From the sequence record OZ035760.1: a stretch of 64,000 nucleotides of DNA; one strand, written 5' to 3'. The position numbers and the translations under genes are program-made. Below the pieces are notes generated by a model that saw nothing but the letters and a program-made list of their open reading frames with translations, was not told where the DNA came from and made no database searches. The stretch comes from Tequatrovirus NIC06P2. Shown here piece by piece: positions 18,527 to 28,196 of the stretch (within the stretch, counting starts at the first letter, position 1; the number at the start of each line of letters is the position of its first letter).

Positions 18527-19273
18527 TTATCCTCGGATAAGTTTAAAAATTGAACAATTTAGCGGGTATCCTCTTTTCAGTTTAAGTTTATCAATAAAAG
18601 ACAAGTTTTGATACCGCTCTACACCTTGAATAATTTTATCACACATATCATATTGCATTTCTGCTTCTGACAACTTTTTCACAATTTTCCAATCCGAGCC
18701 TTTAAGAAGAACGTTCAGTTTAACAACTTCAGCGCCTTCTGCTATGCGAGAACCATCAATACGAGCTTTAAGCGCTATAATTCTTAGCTTAATGTCAGAG
18801 GTCTGTTTTGATTTAGAAAGCTGAGAAATGTGTTCAATTCGGTTTTCACGTTTTTTCTGTATAGCTTTAATTTGATTATAAGTCTTTTTGATTTTAGCCC
18901 ATTTCTTTTCATCTAAATTTAGTTTATGAACTTTTTTCGCAGATGAACGACCAATTCGCAAAGCAAACAAATCACGCTTTTCGATTAACTCTTCTAAAGT
19001 ATAATCAGAACGAAATGTATTATACTTTTTCTTTACTGCAATAACATTCCCTTTAATGTATCCAACGTTATTATCAAAACGTTCTAATGATAATTTCTCT
19101 CCTTCAATACGATTATCAAAAGGTTCTCCCGAGTAAGCACAAACTTTTTGATCTAAAATGTTCTTAATGTAATTGAAGTCTAAGTTAAAATCTTTAGAAC
19201 GTCTTTTTGCAGATGCCTGAGTATGCTCTAGACGACGTTTAATTTTACGAATTTGGCTATTAGACAGCTTCAT
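18527..19273 (-). CDS. srd: Srd-like protein (248 aa)
   Basis: size and position between dda and modA match T4 srd; basic, coiled-coil rich. Confidence 0.6.
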   Translation of the reverse strand: MKLSNSQIRKIKRRLEHTQASAKRRSKDFNLDFNYIKNILDQKVCAYSGEPFDNRIEGEKLSLERFDNNVGYIKGNVIAVKKKYNTFRSDYTLEELIEKRDLFALRIGRSSAKKVHKLNLDEKKWAKIKKTYNQIKAIQKKRENRIEHISQLSKSKQTSDIKLRIIALKARIDGSRIAEGAEVVKLNVLLKGSDWKIVKKLSEAEMQYDMCDKIIQGVERYQNLSFIDKLKLKRGYPLNCSIFKLIRG

Positions 19274-19308
19274 ATTTTTCTCACATCTTACGGACGGTTA
19301 ACTACTTA

Positions 19309-19339
19309 TACTATAACATTTTTACTTTAACTTGTAAAC
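19309..19339 (-). promoter_or_regulatory. T4-type early promoter upstream of srd
   Basis: reverse complement GTTGTTTACAAGTTAAAGTAAAAATGTTATAGTATAAG. Confidence 0.5.
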
Positions 19340-19396
19340 AACTTTATGTAAAAATGCTTTAAAAATTTCATGGTATAATGAATCTAAGTCCTTCCA

Positions 19397-19999
19397 TTAT
19401 AGATTAAATCCTTCAAAATCAAGAGTATAGATAGTGTATGTTGAATACTTTTTGTACTCATATCTATCTGCAATTCTAAATACGCTTCCAGCTGGTATCA
19501 TTACTTCTTGTTCATCTGAAACTAATTCCATATTACGATAACGATGACTATCCGGAAACTTAAAGTTTGGATTGTATTCTTTACAGCGTAGAGCTTTTAT
19601 AGCATACTCCTGGAAATTGAATACCATAGGAGCTTTGAATTCAAAAATAACTTGTGTGTTATACTCTAAACCAGAAGCAAAATGTAGAGCTATATTTTTA
19701 TCATATGAAGCTGATACGACTTTATCAAATGTAATAATATCAATTCCTTGATTTAATACTTGTTTAGTCTCAGCTGGAACACCTCTCCAAAGAGGTTTAT
19801 CGTTTGGTTCCAAACGATATTTGATTATTTCATTTAACCAAGAATGATCGTCTGGTTTATTAGTAATACAATGAATTAAAAGTTCAATTTCAGATAAATT
19901 AAACCCTTCAGAAAGTAATTCTTCACGAATAGAAGCACGCACCGATGCATCCATTGATTTTATTTTAAAATCTTTTAGTTGCATTACTGAGTATTTCAT
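19397..19999 (-). CDS. modA: ADP-ribosyltransferase ModA
   Basis: 200 aa as T4 ModA; adjacent paralog ModB; position between srd and soc region. Confidence 0.75.
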   Translation of the reverse strand: MKYSVMQLKDFKIKSMDASVRASIREELLSEGFNLSEIELLIHCITNKPDDHSWLNEIIKYRLEPNDKPLWRGVPAETKQVLNQGIDIITFDKVVSASYDKNIALHFASGLEYNTQVIFEFKAPMVFNFQEYAIKALRCKEYNPNFKFPDSHRYRNMELVSDEQEVMIPAGSVFRIADRYEYKKYSTYTIYTLDFEGFNL

Positions 20000-20619
20000 T
20001 CAACTACCTCAATATCATATACTTTAAATGTTCCAAATGAATCGTGTAATTTTTCTTTTGAAATAGAAGTTATTTTATACTTTCCAATTGGAATCATCCA
20101 TTCTTGTTCACGCACAATCATCATTAAGTTATCAGTACGCTCTGAATCTAATCCATCAGTATCTTCATACGTGTACTTAAACTCAGTATTAGGAGAAGAA
20201 AGTATAATATCGCTGATATGGTCAGAATAATTAAAAGCTTTATTAGTTTTTAAGCGAAGTATTATTTTAGTAAAATATTCAGCGTAAGAAAAAGAACATG
20301 CTGTGAGCAAACTAGTAGTAAATGAATCTACTCTATTCGTTGAAAACACTTCTCCAACTTGTAAATCTTTAATAAGTTCTTCTGTTGATTTTGATATACC
20401 ACGATATAACTGATAAGGTGATTTAGTTAAATGCTTTTTAATGATTTTATTCAATTGCCGATGAAGAGCTTCATTCTTTTTGGCTTCCATACATTGCCAA
20501 AGAACTGACTGCTCAAAGTCAGTAAATTTTTCACAGACCTTTTTATACATATCATATTGAAAATCAACGCTTTCAGCTTTTATAGATAACTGTTCAACAT
20601 CTGCAAGATTAATAATCAT
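19996..20619 (-). CDS. modB: ADP-ribosyltransferase ModB
   Basis: 207 aa as T4 ModB; ATGA overlap with modA. Confidence 0.75.
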   Translation of the reverse strand: MIINLADVEQLSIKAESVDFQYDMYKKVCEKFTDFEQSVLWQCMEAKKNEALHRQLNKIIKKHLTKSPYQLYRGISKSTEELIKDLQVGEVFSTNRVDSFTTSLLTACSFSYAEYFTKIILRLKTNKAFNYSDHISDIILSSPNTEFKYTYEDTDGLDSERTDNLMMIVREQEWMIPIGKYKITSISKEKLHDSFGTFKVYDIEVVE

Positions 20620-20686
20620 GATAGCCTCCGTATACTTCAGAAGCTATCATATCATCGTTAGAAAGGAAAGTAAACAACTTTTTGAA

Positions 20687-20869
20687 TTATTTTGCCCAGG
20701 GAGCCCAAGGCGGAGGGTCAAGATGGTATGAAGCTAGTTCTTCTAGAAGAGCATCTGGGGCTTCAATTCCATAATTCTGTAATACTATACGGTACTCTTT
20801 CTTATAATCACTAGAATCATTCTGGATATTCGTAGAATGATTATCTTCTAACATCTCAAATAAATCCAT
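20687..20869 (-). CDS. hypothetical protein (60 aa)
   Basis: ORF in track. Confidence 0.4.
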   Translation of the reverse strand: MDLFEMLEDNHSTNIQNDSSDYKKEYRIVLQNYGIEAPDALLEELASYHLDPPPWAPWAK

Positions 20870-20877
20870 ATTAATTC

Positions 20878-21348
20878 CTAGCGATAAAAACCAAAATGAC
20901 GATTAGCTTCAGCAATCTTTCTTTCTTCTTCGGACATTCTCCAGCGTAGTCCAACATCAAAATGAGCCCAGACCATTTTAACAAATGCGTGTATGTCTTT
21001 AATATCTTCAATAATGAATGTTTTACTTTTCGAAGGTTGACTCGCTAATTTAACCTTATCATCTTCAAACAGGTCAAAAAGACCATATTCATGAGCTCTT
21101 TTATAGCCTTTAATAGTTAAAGCTTCGGAAGAAGAAAACGGTGAATCAGTATTTTGCAAAATATCTTCAGTATGCTTTATAATTAGAATAATATTTTCTG
21201 GATATTTTCTTTCTTTTATATCTTTAATTAAAAAATCCGGATTTTCTGCTAAAGGAATAATTAATGAGCATTTTTTATCAAGTGTATTTACTGATTTACC
21301 TTCTTTAGACATAAATTCTATTGAATAATGTTTTGCTACTTCAATCAT
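20878..21348 (-). CDS. hypothetical protein (156 aa)
   Basis: ORF in track. Confidence 0.55.
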
Positions 21349-21501
21349 GGGATTTCCTTTTGCCTACTAATGGACCATCGGGAATTTTGTTTTCCTGGAT
21401 ATATTTCTCATTTTCTTCCATCATTTTACTACCTATTTTAAGAAGCAAATCCATTGCTTCATTTGCTTTAGCTTTAGCCTCTTCTAACGTCATATCTTTG
21501 T

Positions 21502-21705
21502 TCATGATTTATCACCATAGATGTCTCTCATCAATTTAAGCGCTGAGCGTTCTAATTTCTTTTCTTTCTCAGCACTAATCATTGATTTCATCCATTCTTC
21601 CGATTCGTTCTGCATTTCTTTATTTGCTTGTTCAACCCAACCATCATCAATATACATTGAGTTTGGTCTATTGAACCATTCAAGCATTTTCTTCAGAGCT
21701 TTCAT
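21502..21705 (-). CDS. hypothetical protein (67 aa)
   Basis: ORF in track. Confidence 0.4.
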
Positions 21706-22177
21706 TTGTTTTACCTAAAACAATAGTAGGAGCATCGTCAAATTCATGAATTTTTAGCAAATTTGGATTTAAATTATTCCATAAAGAGGTAATAAAATAT
21801 GATAAAGCATCTTCGTCCACAATTATAAACTTATTTCCTTTATCTATTTCCCAACTATATGCTGAATCATATGAATAAAAAGATAAAGGTTTATCATTAT
21901 ATTTTTCTGTGTTAACATTAATGTATTCTGATTTAGTAAATGCTTCAATTGCTCTAAATGGAATATTTTGTACAGTTTCAATAATACCAATCTTTTTAAG
22001 TTTTATTTCAGCATCTTCTGGAACTGGCATTGAAACGAAATTTTTTACGAGATACATTGGGTCACAATAACCCTTATCAATCATTACAGCTACAGTAATT
22101 GGAACATCTTTAGCAAACGACATGCTATTACTGCTAATATACATTTCAAACAAAATCGCTTCCATAATTTTCCTCAA
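21680..22177 (-). CDS. hypothetical protein (165 aa)
   Basis: ORF in track. Confidence 0.55.
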   Translation of the reverse strand: MRKIMEAILFEMYISSNSMSFAKDVPITVAVMIDKGYCDPMYLVKNFVSMPVPEDAEIKLKKIGIIETVQNIPFRAIEAFTKSEYINVNTEKYNDKPLSFYSYDSAYSWEIDKGNKFIIVDEDALSYFITSLWNNLNPNLLKIHEFDDAPTIVLGKTNESSEENA

Positions 22178-22515
22178 TCACAAGATGTGGATGAACAACT
22201 AGAATCACAAGAACTTCCACATGAATCGCCCGTCCATACATGAACAGGAACATTAGTATCATATGAATCAGAACTAGACTGTGTATTCTGTGCATTAGAT
22301 GATGTAGTAGGTACTGACCAACGCCAAGGATTTTTATAATATTCTTGGGCTTCTTCATAAGTCATAGTGACTGCTTCTACTGTTCCATCTCCCATATAAA
22401 CATACTCAACTACAGTTAAAGGAAGGTCGTCATTTGAAATAGGAACTACACCTTCCCCAGGAACTGTAGAGAAAAAATCCGTAAAGAAATTTTTAAACCA
22501 ATTAAAGATAAACAT
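22174..22515 (-). CDS. hypothetical protein with Cys/Ser-rich C-terminal tail (113 aa)
   Basis: C-terminus [18 protein letters not shown]; hydrophobic N-terminus. Confidence 0.5.
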   Translation of the reverse strand: MFIFNWFKNFFTDFFSTVPGEGVVPISNDDLPLTVVEYVYMGDGTVEAVTMTYEEAQEYYKNPWRWSVPTTSSNAQNTQSSSDSYDTNVPVHVWTGDSCGSSCDSSCSSTSCD

Positions 22516-22721
22516 TACAAAAAGCCTCTTTTGAATTCAACTTGCTTCTCGCCATAATCGTATCGAATCTCTGCATTAAATTCAACAGAACCATCTGCGT
22601 ACATCATAAATGAATGCACAACAACTTCTGTAGACCATGGTTGCAATTCATATTTCTTCATTACGTGTCGTGAAATGATAATATCTAAATCTTCATTCGG
22701 TTTAATCCAACGATTTAACAT
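22515..22721 (-). CDS. hypothetical protein (68 aa)
   Basis: ORF in track. Confidence 0.45.
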   Translation of the reverse strand: MLNRWIKPNEDLDIIISRHVMKKYELQPWSTEVVVHSFMMYADGSVEFNAEIRYDYGEKQVEFKRGFL

Positions 22722-22791
22722 AGCGCTCTCCTCTATAAGATAATTCTATTATACCATACTCATTTTGATATGTAAACCATTTAAATGAAAA

Positions 22792-22813
22792 AAGGACTCC
22801 CGAAGGAGTCCTT
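22792..22813 (-). terminator. intrinsic terminator hairpin downstream of soc
   Basis: minus RNA AAGGACUCCUUCGGGAGUCCUUUUUUCAU; 8-bp stem, UUCG loop, U6. Confidence 0.65.
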
Positions 22814-22819
22814 GAATTA

Positions 22820-23056
22820 TTAACCACCTATTTCTGTTGGCGTAAACATTGCAGCATTCTTAGTTTTCCAGTCAGCTGCATCAGAAACTACAGTAGAATA
22901 TGCTGCCTTTTCAGAAGGAAAGGTCTGATAATGAGAATCTGCAATACGATGCTCGTTAGAATAGATTTCAAACGGAACAGAAACTTCCATACCTTTAACT
23001 TCTTTGCCTTCACCTGCTGGATGAGTAAAGGTCTTGATGTTAACGAAACCGCCCAT
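22820..23056 (-). CDS. soc: small outer capsid protein Soc
   Basis: 78 aa; AGGAG Shine-Dalgarno; HYQTFPSEKAAYSTV segment matches T4 Soc from memory. Confidence 0.85.
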   Translation of the reverse strand: MGGFVNIKTFTHPAGEGKEVKGMEVSVPFEIYSNEHRIADSHYQTFPSEKAAYSTVVSDAADWKTKNAAMFTPTEIGG

Positions 23057-23090
23057 AATAAACTCCTTTATTGTTTAATTACAGGTGTAT

Positions 23091-23927
23091 TTATAAACCA
23101 TTTTCAAATCTCTTTATCATGTTTATATAATTTTCGTCAGGATAACCTAGGCTAACTGCTAACTTTCTAAAATTGACATATTTAGGTTTGTTGTTATTAA
23201 TCCATAATTCTCTAAGCTCTTTTTCATAATTCCATTTAAGTTGATTTCTGCGTGCAATTTTGCTTAAAGTTTTTCCTTTAGCTTTTAAAGCTTTTTCAGA
23301 TGACTGTTTTAATTTTTGAATATTTAAAACTTCTTCTATAGATAAATTATTTTCCTTTGAATATCTTATGCAAAAATCTTTTACTACGGCTATTAGGCAA
23401 TTTTTGTGAGTACCTAAAATTTCTGGATTATTTTCTTCAACTAAAATTCCCCAATATCTTCGATAGCGAGGCATATCCCTTGAAATCCAGTCATTATACC
23501 AAAAATCAAAGTTGGAATACATGAAAGATTTTCTTTTGCGAAGAGTATCTTGGTTTATCCATTGCTCACGTTTATCAGCCCATAACTTAATAGTAAAGTC
23601 TTTCTCTAAGTCAGAAAGCTTCTTAAATTGCGAGCTATTTACTGAGGTCATTCTCTGGAATGCATTCAGCAATCCAAATCTTCCAGTTGAACATAAGAGA
23701 TAGTGAACATATATGTGTTGATATATTGGGAGATATACTCTATTCCAAGGATATGTTTTAAAATCACTGTACTCAGGAAATGCGCATTTAGGAAGTATAT
23801 GATGGGCTTCTGTTTTAGATTTAATGTGAGTGTTTAACTTATACTTATCTATAATTTTTAAATACTCATCTAAAAGTTCCCATTGCGGGAACTTTTCTTT
23901 AAGAGCAGATTTGAAATTAATATCCAT
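23091..23927 (-). CDS. putative HNH homing endonuclease (free-standing)
   Basis: HNH-like motif EAHHILPKCAFPEYSDFKTYPWNRVYLPIYQHIYVH; ATG lies within the last codons of gene 56; C-terminal GYPDENYINMIKRF module shared with ORF 59252..59971. Confidence 0.65.
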   Translation of the reverse strand: MDINFKSALKEKFPQWELLDEYLKIIDKYKLNTHIKSKTEAHHILPKCAFPEYSDFKTYPWNRVYLPIYQHIYVHYLLCSTGRFGLLNAFQRMTSVNSSQFKKLSDLEKDFTIKLWADKREQWINQDTLRKRKSFMYSNFDFWYNDWISRDMPRYRRYWGILVEENNPEILGTHKNCLIAVVKDFCIRYSKENNLSIEEVLNIQKLKQSSEKALKAKGKTLSKIARRNQLKWNYEKELRELWINNNKPKYVNFRKLAVSLGYPDENYINMIKRFENGL

Positions 23928-24435
23928 TATCTTGACGTTCAAAATTATGTTTGTTCTTCAGATAATAAAGTTTAAAGATTTCTTCTGCTGTAAGACCAAG
24001 ACCTTGGAACATGTTCAGAACAAAATGAAGAATATCAATCATTTCGAATTTAATTTCTAACTGATCCTGTGGAGACAAATCAGTAATCAAAGTTTCACGG
24101 CGTTCACCATGCTGCGACTTCCAAGGTTTCCATACAGCAGATGCATCTTTTTCGCCATTGCTCATACCGCCAAGAGAAGTTAGAAGTTCGCGGAATTCAT
24201 CATCAATATAATCTTTCTGATTACGCAGCCAATCAACAACTTCACCTGCGGTAGCCAAATCATCAGGATGACGGTTATATTCAGGTTTATCTTTAGCTAA
24301 ACGAATCTGTAAAGATTTCTGCATATCAAGCATTACCTGCAGCGGGTCTTTTTCATCACCGAGAATATCCCAATATTCATTTTGAGCTTTATCAGCGCCT
24401 TCGATCAGTTGACTACATTCGTTGAAATGTGGCAT
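23917..24435 (-). CDS. 56: dCTPase / dCTP pyrophosphatase
   Basis: 172 aa vs 171 in T4 gp56; MazG-like EExxE region; between soc and 61. Confidence 0.88.
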   Translation of the reverse strand: MPHFNECSQLIEGADKAQNEYWDILGDEKDPLQVMLDMQKSLQIRLAKDKPEYNRHPDDLATAGEVVDWLRNQKDYIDDEFRELLTSLGGMSNGEKDASAVWKPWKSQHGERRETLITDLSPQDQLEIKFEMIDILHFVLNMFQGLGLTAEEIFKLYYLKNKHNFERQDNGY

Positions 24436-24471
24436 GTTATTTTTCCTTTCAATTCATGGGTTAGTAGATTA

Positions 24472-24495
24472 ATTATACAATAAATATATAAAGCA
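24472..24495 (-). promoter_or_regulatory. MotA-dependent middle promoter for gene 56 (MotA box TGCTTTA, 11 nt, TATAAT)
   Basis: reverse complement TTGCTTTATATATTTATTGTATAAT. Confidence 0.55.
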
Positions 24496-24508
24496 ATAAG
24501 GAGGACAT

Positions 24509-24709
24509 ATGGTACAAAAATTAATGGCACTTGTTAATGCCATAAAAGGTAATAAGAAACGTATAGCTTTTACTATTTCTGCTATGGTAGGAATTTTACT
24601 CTGGAACTTTATTCTATCACCTGTTGCAATTGCACATGGTATTAATATTCCAGTAGTTACTCTTGATACATTTGTAGATTTAGCATTTGCTTTAGTTGGG
24701 TTGATTTAA
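24509..24709 (+). CDS. small membrane protein (66 aa) on plus strand
   Basis: strong Shine-Dalgarno AAGGAGGA 4 nt before ATG; MVQKLMALVNAIKGNKKRIAFTISAMVGILLWNFILSPVAIAHGINIPVVTLDTFVDLAFALVGLI; opposite strand to flanking genes. Confidence 0.5.
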   Translation: MVQKLMALVNAIKGNKKRIAFTISAMVGILLWNFILSPVAIAHGINIPVVTLDTFVDLAFALVGLI

Positions 24710-25734
24710 ATCTTAGCATATTTAGATAGCCGCATTTTAGCCATCAACCCCTGTGCAATATTATTTTTCATATATTCCATAATTTGTTCAGGGGTTGCAC
24801 CTTCCTTTCTAATCATATCATTAACATCTTTTGATTTCCAGGGAGATTTATCCCAAAACATAACCCTTTCTCCTGCATCAACTAATTTAGTCATTCGTTT
24901 AATAGTGTCAGGGTGACGAGGTTCATTATCTAAAACCCACACTCGTCTATCTTTAAATGGAACAACTTCTAGGTCTAATTGACCACCCGTAATAGCTATA
25001 CCATTTTCAATAAAAAGTGAATCTATAGGTCCTTCTAGAACATATACATCACCATCTTTAACTCGTTCGACTCCATAGATTTTTGTTGCCTCAGGATAAG
25101 CTTTGATGGTGATATATTTTTGAGGAGCATCTTTCTTTAATGCGCGTCCTTGAAAAGACTCAGCTTTTCCATTAGCATTATAAATTGGAATAACAAGACG
25201 AGGCTCAGAAATTTCCTTTTTATATGTTCCCGGTGCTATGCTATTAACCAATTTAGGCCATTCGGTTGTAAACCAAAGATATTTCCATTTATCCTTTGGA
25301 ATACAACGAGCTTTTACATATTTTATAATTGGATGGTCTTCCGCCAGTTTATCTAATCTAACACATGACGGAAGAGATTTAATTATTTTCTTCTCAGGTT
25401 GTTTAGGAAGTTCTTTAGGTTTTTCTACTGGACGACTTTTACCTTTTTCTTTTCTTATTTCAAAGATATACTCACGATATAAATCAGGTTCAAACTCCTT
25501 TAAATATATTCCGATTGGTGCATGATAGTTACAGTTATAACAATGAATATTTCCTTCATTATTATCACCATAATACCATCCACGAGCTTTATTCTGGTCT
25601 GTTTTTGAATCTCCACAAACAGGGCATCTAAACCGTAATTTAAAAGTTGAACTATTATTTACTTGTGTGAATTTAGGTAAATGAGCTAATGCACGGTATG
25701 CGAACTCATTATCAATCCAAGGTATTGATGACAT
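24706..25734 (-). CDS. 61: DNA primase
   Basis: 342 aa as T4 gp61; N-terminal zinc-binding CPVCGDS...CYNC; TOPRIM-like region. Confidence 0.92.
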   Translation of the reverse strand: MSSIPWIDNEFAYRALAHLPKFTQVNNSSTFKLRFRCPVCGDSKTDQNKARGWYYGDNNEGNIHCYNCNYHAPIGIYLKEFEPDLYREYIFEIRKEKGKSRPVEKPKELPKQPEKKIIKSLPSCVRLDKLAEDHPIIKYVKARCIPKDKWKYLWFTTEWPKLVNSIAPGTYKKEISEPRLVIPIYNANGKAESFQGRALKKDAPQKYITIKAYPEATKIYGVERVKDGDVYVLEGPIDSLFIENGIAITGGQLDLEVVPFKDRRVWVLDNEPRHPDTIKRMTKLVDAGERVMFWDKSPWKSKDVNDMIRKEGATPEQIMEYMKNNIAQGLMAKMRLSKYAKI

Positions 25735-25913
25735 TTTTACTCTTCTTTTTCTTTAGATTCCTCTTTTTTCTTTTTAGGAATCTGTTCAGGACCTTTATTT
25801 ACTACAGCGCCTGACGTTGTTCCAGTAGAGATATTTTCAGGACTACCACCTGAATCTCCAGCGACCATATCTTCTTTGATAAATTCTTTAAACGTTTTCA
25901 TATTAGCCTCTAA

Positions 25914-26207
25914 TTATTCACCTACCACTTCAGCGATGATATTTTTATTATTAAAGTTTTTATCACAATACAGAACGTAATTATACTGCATTACACCACC
26001 AGACTTAAGCTGTTTTTGCACTTCAGCTTTCATTTCAGGACGATCACGCTCAACGATATTCATAATATCTGCTTCAATTTGAGTTTCAACCTCAGTCTGA
26101 TCCGCAGTCATAGACCATTCGCACAAATCTTTATCATAACCTGCCATAGCAGGCTGAGCAGCACAAGAAGCTAAAGCAAAAATTGTAGCAAAGATAAATT
26201 TTTTCAT
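25914..26207 (-). CDS. sp: spackle-like periplasmic protein (signal peptide)
   Basis: 97 aa from ATG with GAGGAG Shine-Dalgarno; MKKFIFATIFALASCAAQPAMAGYD; the ORF track over-extends upstream. Confidence 0.6.
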   Translation of the reverse strand: MKKFIFATIFALASCAAQPAMAGYDKDLCEWSMTADQTEVETQIEADIMNIVERDRPEMKAEVQKQLKSGGVMQYNYVLYCDKNFNNKNIIAEVVGE

Positions 26208-26268
26208 GATTAATCTCCTCAGTAGTTTATGTTTATATAGTATCTCAATTTCCAATAAAAGTAAACAG

Positions 26269-26526
26269 TTATTTTAAAACTTTTGCGTAATCACATGTTA
26301 CAAACTGTTTCTCTAGCTTAACGATCTTACGAAAATACCTTTTACACTGACGAATCTGCCGCTTCGTAGGGCGAACAGCAAACTTAATAAATTCCACTCG
26401 ACCAAATGGAGGACTTTCTTCTGCTGGAATATCTAACGCCAATTCCCACGTATCGGCAATAAGTGCTTTGAATTGCGTATTTTTCCTGACGTTATACGGA
26501 GTAGGTTTAAATAAAACAATATGCAT
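26269..26526 (-). CDS. hypothetical protein (85 aa), 61.x position
   Basis: ATG immediately after dmd stop with GAGGA Shine-Dalgarno; ORF-track start is further upstream. Confidence 0.5.
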   Translation of the reverse strand: MHIVLFKPTPYNVRKNTQFKALIADTWELALDIPAEESPPFGRVEFIKFAVRPTKRQIRQCKRYFRKIVKLEKQFVTCDYAKVLK

Positions 26527-26527
26527 A

Positions 26528-26710
26528 TTATCCTCGGCAATCCACTTCACATACTTTCTTGTCATCAATGAAAGCTTTAACTAATGCTTTATTAACATCA
26601 GCATATTGAGTAGTAGCCCATTGAACGTCATCTTTCATCATTGTGATTTCTTTAGTAAACGTGCTTTCATTCTTAAACCACCCCATAAAAACTACCTTTA
26701 CCAATTCCAT
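26528..26710 (-). CDS. dmd: Dmd antitoxin (inhibitor of RnlA/LsoA toxins)
   Basis: 60 aa, MELVKVVFMGWFKNESTFTKEITMMKDDVQWATTQYADVNKALVKAFIDDKKVCEVDCRG; directly downstream of gene 41, as T4 61.5. Confidence 0.7.
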   Translation of the reverse strand: MELVKVVFMGWFKNESTFTKEITMMKDDVQWATTQYADVNKALVKAFIDDKKVCEVDCRG

Positions 26711-26768
26711 AACAATCTCCCCATTTAACCAACAAGACTACTATACCATAGTCTTGTCAGCTTGTAAA

Positions 26769-28196
26769 CTAAAATTTTAATTCATTCGCCAAAGCATCTA
26801 ACTGAGCTCGAGTCGATTCGTTTCTTTGATAGCGATTCTGTTCAGCCTGAATCTGTTGTGAACCTGCTACCTCACTCACTTCAGTTGGAGTAGAATCTTG
26901 TTCAATTTCTACCCATTTCTGATTTCCTTTTTGAACACCCATCAAAAACTTATTCCACTTATTCTTATCACCATATCGTGATTTGATTTGCTTAATGAGT
27001 TGTTGTTCAGCAGCTGCTAGCTCCTCGGTTTCAATGACCGCAAGCATAAAATCAGCTGTTGCTGGAAGACCAGCAGATTCTGCGATATCACTCATGTTAA
27101 CATCAGAAGAGTCCCAAGCTTGTTTACCAACCTGTGCTGCAGTCCAAAGAACAGTTTCGGTTTCAACAGCCAGAGCACGCAATTCCTCTGCGATAGCTTT
27201 AACAGTTGTGTAACTATTTTCTGAATAAACTCTAATGCGGCAAGATTTACAAATACCTAGATAGTCGACAATAATGATTGTTGGAACAAAATTCTTCTTG
27301 AGCTTCAATTCGTTTAAAAGTGATCGAAATGTATTAGCGTCTGCTCCACCAGTAGGATATTGCTTAACGATTAAACGACCAAGGGTAGATTTCTCACGCC
27401 ATTTTTCCATTTTTCCTTTATATTCAGCGTAAGAAATATGTCCATCATCAATATCGTCAAGAGAAACATCGAGCATGTTAGCATCAATACGTTTAGCACA
27501 GACTTCTTCTGCCATTTCCATGGAGATATAAAGAACGTTATGACCAAGCTGCAAATAATCTGCTGCTAATGAACAAAGTCCTAATGATTTACCAACGTTA
27601 ACGCCAGCCATTAAAACGTTCAGTGTTCCAGTCTCAGCTCCGCCTTTAGTAATTTTGTTTAGAATTCTGAGTTTAAATGGAACCTTACGAGCTTTATTCA
27701 TATAAGATAGCCAACGCGCTTCATAGTCATCCATCCAATCATGACCAACGTAGCTATCAAATGAAATTGATAATGCTTGGCGCATGATGTCAGGAATAGC
27801 ACCTACATCTGGCATTTTCTTATTTCGTTTTTCCGGAGGAAGCTCAGCATTAGTTTGAATTTCGATTATTTTAGACGTAGCATTAAACATCGCCCTTTGC
27901 TGAACATATTTTTCTGTTTCTTTTATTAACCAACTGTGGTCTTCCGGAGAATCAGCCAGTTTTGAAATAAGTGTTTTTACACCAGAATATTCTGTTTCAG
28001 TAAATGAACTATTTTCTAATGCAACATTTAACGCATTAATAGATGGAACGCTATGGTACTCATTAACATGAGATTTAATTAATTTGAATGTATTTTTAGC
28101 TGGACCACTTTCAAAATATTCTGAATCCATATATGGCCAAACTTTTGAAAAATAAGCTTGATCAAATATAAGATGAGAAAGAATAATTTCTACCAC
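26769..28196 (-). CDS. 41: replicative DNA helicase (DnaB-like)
   Basis: 475 aa as T4 gp41; Walker A GVNVGKS. Confidence 0.95.
   Translation of the reverse strand: MVEIILSHLIFDQAYFSKVWPYMDSEYFESGPAKNTFKLIKSHVNEYHSVPSINALNVALENSSFTETEYSGVKTLISKLADSPEDHSWLIKETEKYVQQRAMFNATSKIIEIQTNAELPPEKRNKKMPDVGAIPDIMRQALSISFDSYVGHDWMDDYEARWLSYMNKARKVPFKLRILNKITKGGAETGTLNVLMAGVNVGKSLGLCSLAADYLQLGHNVLYISMEMAEEVCAKRIDANMLDVSLDDIDDGHISYAEYKGKMEKWREKSTLGRLIVKQYPTGGADANTFRSLLNELKLKKNFVPTIIIVDYLGICKSCRIRVYSENSYTTVKAIAEELRALAVETETVLWTAAQVGKQAWDSSDVNMSDIAESAGLPATADFMLAVIETEELAAAEQQLIKQIKSRYGDKNKWNKFLMGVQKGNQKWVEIEQDSTPTEVSEVAGSQQIQAEQNRYQRNESTRAQLDALANELKF

Noticed and set aside
22146-22358. 70-aa ORF rich in His/Leu/Val
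   Set aside because: Alternative frame inside ORF 22174..22515 with no ribosome-binding site.
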